Numbered from the stretch's first letter, positions 1 to 10,767 are shown. The stretch is 64,000 nucleotides of DNA from Wickerhamiella versatilis (GCA_030867685.1 JAQOWU010000001.1:806001-870000), one strand, 5' to 3'. Notes: generated by a model from the sequence alone, not told the origin. Made by a program: numbers and translations.

Positions 1-185
1 GGATCATCATTAAAGCCTTGCGGCTTCCAGCCGAGTTGCTTTTCAAAAGGGGTTACCTCCTCATTATACCATTCGACGGTTGAGACACTATAGAATTTAT
101 CACGAACAACTTCAATTTCCATTATCAGCTGTTGCGACGGATGAAAGCTCTGCTGAACGTCAACGACCAGCAGAGCTTCCTTCAT
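1..185 (-). CDS. Isochorismatase-family cysteine hydrolase, N-terminal part (runs off the window edge; absent from the ORF track)
   Basis: Manual translation from ATG at 185 gives MKEALLVVDVQQSFHPSQQLIMEIEVVRDKFYSVSTVEWYNEEVTPFEKQLGWKPQGFNDD, open to base 1. ALLVVDVQ is the first catalytic-Asp motif of the family. Confidence 0.8.
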   Translation of the reverse strand, partial: MKEALLVVDVQQSFHPSQQLIMEIEVVRDKFYSVSTVEWYNEEVTPFEKQLGWKPQGFNDD

Positions 186-399
186 TGAGATGAGTAAGCG
201 AGAGTGACCATTTTGCTTCTGTCTGAGAATCAAAAGCAATGGAAAAATTAAGCAATAGCATCATGAATTCGACTTGCTGTAGCCTCTCATGCTCATTATC
301 CCATTTATGCTTGTCATCTATAGATTGAGTAATTTCACAAAACACTGTTGAGAAAAATCAAGAATTTTATTATATAATTTTTCATCAGACGAGGCTTTC

Positions 400-1503
400 A
401 TGGGAACTAGACTGAACAACGATGATGCATTTGCAGCGACTAATCGCGGTGGAATCATTGAGAATAAGCATAACATTCATGCAGCTATAGTAGATGGCAA
501 CGGTGACCTACTCTATGGTATAGGTGATCCATCTCGTGTCACACTTGCGCGGTCCGCAGTCAAGCCAATCCAGGCTTTAGCAATTTTGAAAACAAAAGCT
601 GATCAGTTGAGTGGATTCGACGATGCAGATCTGGCCTTGATGTGTGCTTCTCATAGCGGTGAGGCCCGTCATATCGAGAGAGCTCGCGATATGCTGTCTA
701 AGATCTCTGTCCATGAAAATGAGATGCAGTGTGGTGGCCATCCTTCACTCTCGACGCATGTGAACACTACATGGGCCAAGGAAGGGTTTGTTCCAACTCC
801 TTTGTGTAGTAACTGCTCTGGAAAGCATGCTGGTATGCTCGCAGGTTCTAAAGCACTTGGTGCTGATATCGGGGACTATCATCTGCCGAACCACCCAATG
901 CAAAAACTGGTGATGCAGACAGTGGCAGATGCATGTGATTTGGAACCCAACGAGGTTTTATGGGGGGTAGACGGTTGCAACTTACCTACACCTGCATTTC
1001 CGCTAGATCGTCTTGCTCGGATTTATGCAAAATTGGCTGCGGCTGCCGATAAAACTGATAATGTGGATGACAGGAATGGAGATTCGGCCAACCTTGGCCG
1101 TATCTACAATGCCATGGCCTCTTATCCAGAATTGATTGCTGGAGATGACCGATATTGCACTATACTAATGAAAGCATTCAACGGTGACCTCATTGGTAAA
1201 CTTGGCGCAGATGGCTGTTACGGTATTGGCATTCGTGACTCGGATGATACAAGGCGATTAGGCTCTAATAATGGACTTGGAATAGCAGTCAAGATTGATG
1301 ACGGCAGCATTGACGTGCTATATGCTGTTGTGTCAGAATTACTGGAACAACTTAATATCGGTACTGCTGAAAACAGAAATTGTCTTGAGTCTTTTCGCAA
1401 TATGAAACGACTGAATTCAAAGGGTATTGATGTGGGCGGAATATCATTCCACTTTAAGCCTCGATCATATCGGAAAACCGATACCGATTCAGGTGCAGAG
1501 TAG
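400..1503 (+). CDS. L-asparaginase, Rhizobium AnsA / class 3 type (Asparaginase_II family)
   Basis: Motifs RGGIIEN.H, RSAVKP (SxxK), CASHSG, NCSGKH, DGCNLP and KLGADG. Confidence 0.9.
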   Translation: MGTRLNNDDAFAATNRGGIIENKHNIHAAIVDGNGDLLYGIGDPSRVTLARSAVKPIQALAILKTKADQLSGFDDADLALMCASHSGEARHIERARDMLSKISVHENEMQCGGHPSLSTHVNTTWAKEGFVPTPLCSNCSGKHAGMLAGSKALGADIGDYHLPNHPMQKLVMQTVADACDLEPNEVLWGVDGCNLPTPAFPLDRLARIYAKLAAAADKTDNVDDRNGDSANLGRIYNAMASYPELIAGDDRYCTILMKAFNGDLIGKLGADGCYGIGIRDSDDTRRLGSNNGLGIAVKIDDGSIDVLYAVVSELLEQLNIGTAENRNCLESFRNMKRLNSKGIDVGGISFHFKPRSYRKTDTDSGAE

Positions 1504-1576
1504 AAAATAAAATTGAATAAAATAAATACTTCTCTCACTAAAAAACGCTAGTTTAAGAGGCTTTCGGGAGCTCTAA

Positions 1577-2161
1577 CTAACCACATAGAGTACTTGCGGC
1601 CGTGGCGTAATCGCACATGTCGGCAGCATCTACGGCTATATGCTCCCAGCGGATAATAGACGACTTATCAAGTGCAAACCCACCAGAATTCTGCCAACGC
1701 CATGAACCGTCCAACGTGAAAGGTGAAGGGATTCCCTCAGCGCTAAGTTCACTTAGTTTAGAAAATCCACCACTCATGTTCAATATTCCACCCCAACCGA
1801 GTACACCGACTCCCCAGCCAGCATAAATTGTCCGTTCTGGATCAGCAACAAGACGAAGGTTCTTGATTCTATCACCGAATGCTGCAGGACCTCCAATAAT
1901 ATCGAACCATTCTTTCACAACAGGCTCATCGCTATGTTGTACGATTATAACGTGCAATTCTGGATATTTTTGAACTTGCTGGCCGAGTACGAGCACCTCT
2001 TTAGCAGCAAAAGGACAACCACAATGACGAACGAACGCCACAATTGTAGGATGACCTGGGGGGATATTTAGGCCGTTAGGAGCAGGAGCACCAAGAGCTG
2101 GCACATCAGACGTTTCTGGTGACGCTCTTGGTAGTAGAGACTTTATCGCATTTAAAGCCAT
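1577..2161 (-). CDS. Peroxiredoxin-like 2 / AhpC-TSA_2 thioredoxin-fold protein
   Basis: FVRHCGCPFA motif, LVADPERTIY, and C-terminal GGFALD...IRWEH. First ATG is at 2161. Confidence 0.75.
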   Translation of the reverse strand: MALNAIKSLLPRASPETSDVPALGAPAPNGLNIPPGHPTIVAFVRHCGCPFAAKEVLVLGQQVQKYPELHVIIVQHSDEPVVKEWFDIIGGPAAFGDRIKNLRLVADPERTIYAGWGVGVLGWGGILNMSGGFSKLSELSAEGIPSPFTLDGSWRWQNSGGFALDKSSIIRWEHIAVDAADMCDYATAASTLCG

Positions 2162-2389
2162 CAATTAGATCAGGTATAATCCACGACTGAGGCATTATTA
2201 ATGGCTTAGGGTTTGACGTATATATCGGTTAATTAGCATAATCACCTGTGCCAATGCTAGCACCCAGATACTCTGATAAAGGCGATTAAACTGGAAAGAC
2301 AAGAATTGTGGCTTTTGAGATTCTTCCCTAGTATCATTTGGTCCAAGGAAATATTTATGTTCACTATACAGACTAAATGCGCTATTTGT

Positions 2390-2845
2390 TCAATTTAGGA
2401 TATTCAGTCCGACCGTAAGATACGTAGCAAACGTGGCCCAACACAAATATGGCACGAACAACCAGAAGCTCGTGGGATCAGTCTTCCTCGTTTCTCGCAT
2501 ATACATGATGATGGTGGCAAGGAGACCAAAAACCACAACGAGTCCGCCAGTTAACGATTGTGCCCTAAAAAAGGTGGGAGACCAAGCAAAGTTGACAACC
2601 ATTTGTGCCATCCAGTACTTCCACGCTTCTGGGCTCTCCTTTCGACGTTCCCAAGTCCGCCATCCCGCTATCGCGATCAAGACATAAAGAGTAGTCCAGA
2701 CTGGGGCAAACAGCCATCTAGGCGGTTCTAAAGGGGGCTGCTTCAGCGTGCTATACCAAGGACCTGGCCGATTCATATAACCAGAAACTAGTCCTGTACC
2801 AACAGTTCCTACGACAAATGGCAATAGTGTTAATTTGTCCGACAT
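2390..2845 (-). CDS. tspO: TspO/MBR tryptophan-rich sensory (translocator) protein
   Basis: WYSTLKQPPLEPPRWLFAPVWTTLY, NFAWSPTFF and PYLCWATFA motifs; 151 aa with about five hydrophobic segments. Confidence 0.92.
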   Translation of the reverse strand: MSDKLTLLPFVVGTVGTGLVSGYMNRPGPWYSTLKQPPLEPPRWLFAPVWTTLYVLIAIAGWRTWERRKESPEAWKYWMAQMVVNFAWSPTFFRAQSLTGGLVVVFGLLATIIMYMRETRKTDPTSFWLFVPYLCWATFATYLTVGLNILN

Positions 2846-3324
2846 GTGGAGTGTTTTACTAAACCGAGGCAGACTTCCTTTCTTTCGAATAGTAATCTCT
2901 ATCTTGGTTTGTCAGTTTACCAACCACGGAAGTACAATGAAACAATATTTCATTATACGCCATTGTAAAGAAGCTTTAAAATGTCATATTATCACCTTAA
3001 ACTGGAATAATGGGGCCTACAGCAGCCCCCGGGTAAGTCTGAGTCATTTGACTGCAGATCAACTTGAGTAATCCGGTTAGCTAGAAAGCGCAACGAGTAA
3101 ATTAGGGTGGACCTAGATGCTGTTGTTATACTCTAGCTGTCAAATGCACTGACCTCGATATATTGAACAAAAATAGATATCAGGAACCAGCTTCATATGT
3201 TCTGACCACTTCGAACACTTGAGTATAGATGTGGTATAGATTTAGGCTGGTATAAATGTAGCAACTTGATTTATTTCACTTTTTTCAGTTTACGAGATAG
3301 ACCAATATAAGAGTTTTCCTTAAA

Positions 3325-5403
3325 TTAATAGCTGTAAAATTCCTCAAAATATTGAAGATAATAACTTGATCTTGTAATACAAGTAGCCGCAGTTTGCCTC
3401 ATTTCGAGATTCATTCTGGATGGTCCGCAGCATAAGACCCCTATCGATCCACGACAGCCATCAACTTGTTTGTACAAGATTTCACTGAAATTGGGTTTAG
3501 CAGAAAGTGTGGGTAAAAGCGAGCTGCCATCGGTTGCTATTTTTCCATCGTGATTATAGTCTGAAGTAGATGGAGGAAGCGGATTCTTACTATATATGTG
3601 AACGTCGAATCCCACATCTTTCCATTTTTGTATTTCGTTATCAAAGAAATCTGTCGGACCGGTGACAGCCCAATGTATTTGCACCGAAATTGGAAAATAC
3701 CTGTTATAATGAGGCATTTGCCGAAGATAGCTATAGATGGCCGTAATTCCTATCCCACCGGCGAAACAGATTATATTCTCAAATCGAGGTAGATTTATTG
3801 ATCGGCCATAGGGACCTTCAATTCCTACAGGAACTGTATACACGGTATCGTTAGTTTCTGCATCTTGGACTTCCTTCAAAAGCTTAGACGAAAGGCCTTT
3901 TTGAGGTTTACACAATAATTTGACTGACTGGTCGCTCCAGTCATAGTCAATGACGGTGAAAGGGTGTGACTGCCAGAAAAAGAACCTATCGCGGAAATAA
4001 ATAAATACGTAGCAACCGTAAAACTCATCAACAAATTTTGTTTTCTGTTTCACATCTATTTTGAGAATTCCAGGAGAGGTTTCGGTACAAATTGCCTTCG
4101 CCAAGCCGCTGTCATATATTCTTACAAGTCTCATGGACCTATCGAAGCCCCAGAGTGCGACAAGAGTCCAGTATAAACCAAAACATTGTTTTGTGTACTG
4201 GAGATGAAAATACAGGGTGATCAATGATACAAGAGCTAGCACAATGTGGACTACAAGGAATACTTCATATGCCAGTGCTCTTATTTGCTTTTGCCCTTGA
4301 GTACACATAATCATAAATGAAATAGTTGCGACTACGCCAACTACCCAGTATGCTTTTCGCCACTCGAGTAGTAAACCGCTATGCATATACTCAATATTAT
4401 ACGCAATGAAGTGAATCAACACGTCGATCGTTGTTATCCGCGCGAGCCATCTATGCCAAGCATTGAAGGTATCTGGAGACCAGCCAGTCAGAAAAATCAA
4501 AAAGTTATTGCGGGCGGCAAAGAAGAACACAAAAGGCAGCTTGTACATGGCAAAATATCCTGATCGAAAGCCAAGTGCAGAGGAGATAAGGCCATACCTT
4601 GTTGGATAAACATATTCATTAGGAGTTACAGCCATTTTTACACCCATCAGAGTATAGTTAAGTACTGTTAATCCTAGCAACTGTAATGCTGTACCCCTCT
4701 GAATGTGACAGTGGAGCAAAGGTGAGTAGGTTCGAGAATAGAACAAAGGAGGCATGGTGAAAAACCGGCGAATATATCGTACCACACACAAATTTAAGAG
4801 AAAAGCCTCCCATGAGGGCACGAACCGAGCTAGAAAATTGATCAGCATACTAATACCCATGATACCAAAAATATAATATATAAGTGCTTGCCCATAGACA
4901 TCGCTGGCACGGCGATTCCAGTAATATTCTTCGGAAGGCTTGATCACTGGTTCCAGTGCTGATGAAGGCACGTGGAAAGGTAATTTACCAGACGCATCAG
5001 CTTCGGCATATGTCCAGTTTACAGGATGTGTCCCCAGATAATGATCTACATCCTTCCAACTGTACTCCAGAGATGCTCCATAATAGTTACAGATATAATG
5101 AAAGTACTTCCAACTAAACGCCTTTGCACTTTCTTGTTTAGAATGGCTACTGTTCATGAGTCCAGTTGCTGTATTAATGCAATCCGCAATGGTCATTAAA
5201 TATGTCAAGTCACCACACATATTCATATACTCGCTTGTACTACCCATTCCCGACATTTCGGATCCACTTGATAAACTCATTGTAGCGTTGTTCTTGTTTA
5301 TTATTTTGGAGCATGGTCGATAGAAATAGTCAGCCTCTGCCCATATAGTGTGGGCATGCAAAAGAACCACAACGAGTACACGTATATTTCCAGCCAATAT
5401 CAT
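3325..5403 (-). CDS. Ferric/cupric reductase transmembrane component (FRE family)
   Basis: N-terminal signal, AARNN, heme-ligand His pairs (WHRW...IHF; VHIV...FHL), FAD motif HPFT, EGPYG, NADPH motif AGGIGIT, CCGP and terminal EEFYSY. Confidence 0.92.
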   Translation of the reverse strand: MILAGNIRVLVVVLLHAHTIWAEADYFYRPCSKIINKNNATMSLSSGSEMSGMGSTSEYMNMCGDLTYLMTIADCINTATGLMNSSHSKQESAKAFSWKYFHYICNYYGASLEYSWKDVDHYLGTHPVNWTYAEADASGKLPFHVPSSALEPVIKPSEEYYWNRRASDVYGQALIYYIFGIMGISMLINFLARFVPSWEAFLLNLCVVRYIRRFFTMPPLFYSRTYSPLLHCHIQRGTALQLLGLTVLNYTLMGVKMAVTPNEYVYPTRYGLISSALGFRSGYFAMYKLPFVFFFAARNNFLIFLTGWSPDTFNAWHRWLARITTIDVLIHFIAYNIEYMHSGLLLEWRKAYWVVGVVATISFMIMCTQGQKQIRALAYEVFLVVHIVLALVSLITLYFHLQYTKQCFGLYWTLVALWGFDRSMRLVRIYDSGLAKAICTETSPGILKIDVKQKTKFVDEFYGCYVFIYFRDRFFFWQSHPFTVIDYDWSDQSVKLLCKPQKGLSSKLLKEVQDAETNDTVYTVPVGIEGPYGRSINLPRFENIICFAGGIGITAIYSYLRQMPHYNRYFPISVQIHWAVTGPTDFFDNEIQKWKDVGFDVHIYSKNPLPPSTSDYNHDGKIATDGSSLLPTLSAKPNFSEILYKQVDGCRGSIGVLCCGPSRMNLEMRQTAATCITRSSYYLQYFEEFYSY

Positions 5404-5775
5404 CACGAGTCTTCAATCAAAGCTCATACCGAGCTTATAATAAATGAGGAGTCGTAATTGAGCATTTTGCGAGTTGTTTGTCATATGAGCTAATTGTGAG
5501 CATATTTAACTAGGGGCTCGAATTTTCATCAGGATATTCTATATGGATAAGTTTTACCGTATAACTATACATGATGCTTTATTCCTGATTTGGCATGCTG
5601 GTCCATGTGTCAAGCATCGATTCTAATGATATCGCGACACTTATATTTCATGTACTTTATTAAGCTGCTGGGCGTTATGTGAGGATTTGCTCCACCAAAT
5701 GAGTCACGCGAGATAGCCCACTTCATATATATATGCATTATAATTCCTCTCACGATCACTGGTACTCTAGTCCTT

Positions 5776-6372
5776 CTCACGTGATAAAACCTCGACCCCG
5801 CGGTATGTTTGTACGAAAAAGTTGGCAGCTACCTACCTTGGCAAAAGGAATGGTTTTTCTTTCTTCCGTTTGATTTGATCCTCACAGCCTTGCTCAGATC
5901 CTACCAGCCCTGCTCAGAAATTCCTGGTACAAGAAAAAGTACCTCACGTGATTTTAAGTGCGATTACCACACAACACCGTGATCTTGGAGAAATATGTAT
6001 GTCTCAATTAATATTGTCTTTTCATCTATGTTTGAATGCTACTTTATATTCTGAAGATACAAAAAATTATGTGATTATGTTTTTTCTGGGGTTTTTTCTG
6101 GGGTTTATTCAGCGGGGTAAGTAAGCATTGTGAAACAGCATACGACACCTCGGATTCGTAAGCGGCGGCAGCGGCGTCCCACCGATCCCCCTTATTAGTA
6201 ATTTTCAATTTACGTGAAACGAAATTTTTATAAGCCCTCACGCGTTTTCTAGTCGACGCCGAGCAACTAAAATGATCTACACATATCTAAGTCGATAAAG
6301 ACTGCGTGTTCCTCTTATTCTGCCCTGTAAACTGCGTATTTCGTTACTTTTAAGAGAGATTTCTCACGTGAT
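5776..6372. promoter_or_regulatory. Three CTCACGTGAT E-box (bHLH, Cbf1/Tye7-type) sites in the divergent FRE/permease intergenic region
   Basis: TCACGTGA at 5777-5784, 5944-5951 and 6364-6371, each flanked by C and T. Several near-matches (TCACGCG, TCACGAT) lie in the same interval. Confidence 0.55.
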
Positions 6373-6494
6373 TTGGGGTTTCTCAGTATGAGTACGATGG
6401 CACTCACGAAGACCCTTACCTCGAACGAGACCGGTACTGCCAAAAGAGACCATACCGGTCGACAGTAAGTATTAGACATCATCAGTTTAATATT

Positions 6495-8321
6495 ATGCAG
6501 GCTAATATGGATGTTGAGAAAAAGCCTGGAGGAGAACAGGATCTACAAAATTCGTCAAGCTATGCAAGCTCCGAGGGAGTTTGGGAAAAAAAAGTTTTAA
6601 CCGGATACCGACCATATAGCCACTGGTATGATGGTTTTCGGCCGTCGAGTTTCCAAGAACCCAAGGCAAGTGAATTAGACTTTGACAGTCAAGGTATGTC
6701 GAGGACCGATATTGCCCAGGAAAGACTGTCACGCTCAACACCCGCGTTGAAGCGTCGCCACATAACTATGATTGCGGCATCCTCTTGTGTAGGTACTGGT
6801 TTATTTATTGGCTCGGGCTCTACTCTAGCTGCAGGTGGGCCTGCAGCACTGCTTATTGGCTTTGCTGTCCCGGGAATAGCTCTTCTCCTTACGATTCAAA
6901 ACACATCCGAGCTAAGTTTACGGTACCCAACTGTAAGTCCGTTTAGCCAACTATCCACAAAATTCTTAGACTCTTCGTGGGGGTTCAGCCTCGGCTGGCT
7001 CTATGCTTTCCAGTGGATGGTAACAGGTCCTCTTGAACTGATCGCTGCCGCAATGTTAACCCAGTATCAAACTTGACAGGAAGCAGACACTGGTGGTGCA
7101 GGCGTCAACCCAGTGGCATGGGTAGCCATACTGTATTTCTTTGAATTGTGTGTCCACCTGTTCGGTGGGTCGTTGGGTTATGCGGAGCTAGAATTCTTCA
7201 TTGCGTGCATCAAGGTGACAGCTACTTTGGCTTGGATCATATATTCAATAATATACAATGCAGGTGGTATTCCCGGTCATGGTTATATCGGAGGACACTA
7301 CTACTATGATCCTGGTGCATTTTTCAACGGTTTTAAGGGTGTGGCTAATGTAATGGTTTCAGCAGCATTTGCCTACGCTGGTACAGAAGTAAGCGCGTTA
7401 GCAGCAGCTGAGACGGCTAACCCTGTCCGTGCAATTCCATCCACAACTAGACAAACTTTCTGGCGTATTATCGTCTTTTTCGTTGTGGCAATTTGTATGG
7501 TCGGTCTCACGGTGCCCTATAATATAGGAAACCTTGGTAGTTCAACGGAAGGCTCAGGTTCACCATTTGTACGGATGCTGGAGCTTGCCGGAACTCACGC
7601 TCTTCCGACCCTAATGAACGCTGTTGTAATGTTTTCTGTATTTGGTGTTTCCAACGCTGCTATATACGCAGGATCCCGGACTCTTGTAGCCCTCTCTGTT
7701 AGTGGTAATGGGCCGAAGTTCCTATCTTACATCGATCGTCGAGGTCGTCCTCTAATTGCCCAATGCTGTATGCTGACGTTTGCCCTGCTATGCTTTGTGT
7801 CTGCAAGCTCGAAATATAATGATGTTTTCAACTGGCTCTATGCCTTCGTTGAGCTAGTCGCGATGTATGTTTGGGCCTCTATCAACTTCTGTCATATAAA
7901 GTTTAGGTTGGCTTGGCGTTATAACGGGCGATCAACCTCTGAACTTCTCTACGCTGCACCGCTGGGTATTTATGGTTCCATTATTGCTGGGTCAATCCTA
8001 GTCTTCATTATCGGAATAAATTTTTGGACAGCTGCAGCCCCTCCGTTGCCAGAAGGCGGGAGCCAGCTTACAAGTTCTGGCAGAGTTCAGAACTTCTTCC
8101 AGCAAAATCTCTCTGTACCGTTTGGATTGGTAATTTATGCGATTCACAAAATTTATTGGAAGAAGAAGTACAATAATTGGGGATATGTCGGTGTTAAGGA
8201 TATTGACCTGGATGAAGGTGTGCGTGACATAGACTATGACGTTGTCGAGGCTGAAAATGAAAGAGCACGGGAGAGGGGACGAAAGAATTTCTTGATTCGG
8301 TTGGGCCATATCTTCTGCTAG
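6495..8321 (+). pseudogene. Yeast amino-acid permease (YAT/GAP1 family) interrupted by one in-frame TGA
   Basis: ORFs 6495-7076 and 7113-8321 share a frame and read ...AAAMLTQYQT*QEADTGGAGVNPVAW... with TGA at 7074-7076. Motifs RHITMIA..VGTGLF, FAYAGTE and FWRI are intact. Confidence 0.75.
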
Positions 8322-8711
8322 TTCCACTCAATATGTACAACAGAGACATTAATTTTTTATCGAGAGAAATATGTAGCGCGATATCTTAGATATCAGGTAT
8401 TAATCTCAGTCAGTTTCAGATTTTAGAAATTTACTCTAACTTTCAGATCATGCAAGCATTTCTATCGATATAAGCTCATGAAGTAAGACATTTTCTTGTT
8501 ATCTTTTATTCAAGCCGTATCTGAATTCACGGTGATGACCATAACCATAAAATCAGAGCATGTACAGTTCAAAGTGGAATGAATAAACAAAAGACAGGGA
8601 AAACTAATAACTACTCAATTCGATTTTGATGTTTTGCCCATTAGAAAGATATCACATGCCATTAAGTCCTTTATATTTCTTAATCTCGAAAATGATGCTT
8701 AGCCAATAATA

Positions 8712-10388
8712 TTAATCTTGCTCATTTGCAAATACAGGTGGCCCCGCTGGTTCATAATTACGATAATAAGCTGTGTCAATTGGTGGATACCTGGCATGAA
8801 GGTTCCTCGTATCCACATATTCCGGGCCTAGTTGGTCCAAACTTGTAACACCGAGCATCTTCATGTCACGAATCATTTCAGATTTCAGAATATTAATCAA
8901 CTTTCGAACGCCTGCCTCACCATAGCTAGCGTTGGCATATAGAAACATCCTACCTAGACCAACACCCTTGGCACCAAGTGCTACAGCCTTGAGTATATCA
9001 GAGCCCCGCCGAACGCCTCCATCAATATAAATTTCAATGCTTTTGTCCAGTCCCTTCTCTCTGAGCACCGGCATAACGTCGGCTAGAATTTCAACGGGAG
9101 CTCGGGAAAAGTCCAACTGGCGCCCACCGTGATTTGAAATAACCACAGCCTTTACACCACGCTCAGCAGCCTCTACGATATCTTCCACACTTTGAAGGCC
9201 CTTAATTGAAAGAGGTTTATCCGTTATTGTCTGGAAATATTTAAGGTCATCCCAAGTTACCAGAGCAGTTTCGTCGTCAACGATGCCAGCGTCTTCTAAG
9301 TCCTTTAATGACGAATCACCGGAGTTCAGTGTGGCACGATACCTTGAGTCCTTCGTACGATTGCCAATAGCTGGGACATCTACTGTCATGAAAATGCTCT
9401 TAACAGTACTTTTAGTCGCCTCATTAATACCATCAACGGCATGCGACTTAGACAGAGGTATGATTTGGGCCCACTGGGGCTGACCTTTCACCTGGCCGAA
9501 TATTTCGTTAAACGGATAAGAGGCTTGGTGGCATATCATTTGAACTACATTCTCCTTACCACAACCCCGCGCTATGGAAAGCTCACCATCAGGACAGCCC
9601 ATTTTAGCCATAGCAGCAGCAGAGCAATAGAAAGGTGCACTAACGTCGGACCCAAGTAAATTAGTGGAAATATCAACGTTTTTAACATCACGAAGTGCCC
9701 TTGGCTTGAAGAATATCCTCGAGTAAGCATTGTGATTCTCACGCAAAGACATTTCATCCTCAGATCCAGCAGAGTAGTAAATCCATGCGAGGCCCGACAT
9801 GACACGTTTCGCAACGTATTCAAAATCAGAGACATTGTAAATGGTGGACAGGTCAGGTTTGTTGTTAATATATTCCTGCCTCTCATCGCTTTCATCAGCT
9901 AAGATGTTGGGTGCCAGCTCCATTTCACCGATCAATTTACCCAAGTGAGCTTTTGGAGGAAGATATCTATCCGGAAAGTTTGGAGCATGGAATTCATTGA
10001 AAATGATTGACGCATCTGTACCTCCATATTTTTCAATTATTTGAGCTCCTCCAGGATGCTTCATAATGAATTCAGTCAGATCGTATACCATTCCATTGAT
10101 GACAACCCAGATACCAGTCTCTAACGTTTTATGTTTTCTCACTTCTTCAACAGTCACACCATGGCCATCATGCTCTTCATCCTTCGTTAGGGCATAGGCT
10201 GTACTTGTAGCTAGAAATAATAGTGCTGAAGTACCAAAAATGCCTCTCAACGTTCTACCGAAAGACGATGATCGCAGAACGGGATAACATGTACGTAGAT
10301 AAACTGAGTGGGAGTGCTCGAGAGTTCTGGCACGTCGGAAGCCAGCTAACTTTGTCAGTTGCGATCTAAGGACCTTTCGGAGAATCAT
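8712..10388 (-). CDS. CYB2: Flavocytochrome b2-like FMN-dependent 2-hydroxy-acid dehydrogenase (mitochondrial)
   Basis: Basic presequence plus hydrophobic sorting segment, cytochrome b5 domain (HPGG), TVD..GNR, IKG, SNHGGRQLD and DGGVRRGSD. Likely ATG at 10388. Substrate-pocket residues deviate (see findings). Confidence 0.85.
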   Translation of the reverse strand: MILRKVLRSQLTKLAGFRRARTLEHSHSVYLRTCYPVLRSSSFGRTLRGIFGTSALLFLATSTAYALTKDEEHDGHGVTVEEVRKHKTLETGIWVVINGMVYDLTEFIMKHPGGAQIIEKYGGTDASIIFNEFHAPNFPDRYLPPKAHLGKLIGEMELAPNILADESDERQEYINNKPDLSTIYNVSDFEYVAKRVMSGLAWIYYSAGSEDEMSLRENHNAYSRIFFKPRALRDVKNVDISTNLLGSDVSAPFYCSAAAMAKMGCPDGELSIARGCGKENVVQMICHQASYPFNEIFGQVKGQPQWAQIIPLSKSHAVDGINEATKSTVKSIFMTVDVPAIGNRTKDSRYRATLNSGDSSLKDLEDAGIVDDETALVTWDDLKYFQTITDKPLSIKGLQSVEDIVEAAERGVKAVVISNHGGRQLDFSRAPVEILADVMPVLREKGLDKSIEIYIDGGVRRGSDILKAVALGAKGVGLGRMFLYANASYGEAGVRKLINILKSEMIRDMKMLGVTSLDQLGPEYVDTRNLHARYPPIDTAYYRNYEPAGPPVFANEQD

Positions 10389-10767
10389 CACCAATGATAA
10401 GTCGTCTTTAGTAACGAGTAACACTTAATTCATAGGCGCGCGTGATCACTTACTAAATATTCTGTCGAGCGGCTAAATATTAGGTCAGAGATAAACGATG
10501 CAGGTTTCGATTAGACGCTCTAAATACGCTCTCAGTCCGCAATAAACAGCAAATAAAGTCGATTTGATTTTGCTTAAGCCGAATATAATAATTAATATGG
10601 CGTAGGCAGCTACCTGGATATCTTCATAGCATCACATATCGTCAGCGCTAAAAACCAGGGTAGCGCTTCTCGATCTCAGTGAGTAAATTAGATTACTGAT
10701 ATATGACCATATCCAAAGCGAGAGTATATATGGAACTGGATCTGATAACCTTAGAAAGCATAGGAAC

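Noticed and set aside
160-345. 61-aa minus-strand ORF in the track
   Set aside because: No recognisable motif. The real gene is in another frame starting at 185.
388-399. Shine-Dalgarno-like GAGG before the asparaginase (similar purine runs before 10768 and 54941)
   Set aside because: Four-base matches with inconsistent spacing are expected by chance and are not evidence of operon relics.
5885-6106. Short duplications (cagcc.tgctcaga twice; tttttctgggg twice)
   Set aside because: Two-copy micro-repeats with no spacer structure; not a CRISPR array or mobile-element end.
7064-7079. GT...AG segment (gtatcaaacttgacag) spanning the permease stop, as a possible intron
   Set aside because: Only 16 nt, no branch point, and removal would shift the frame.
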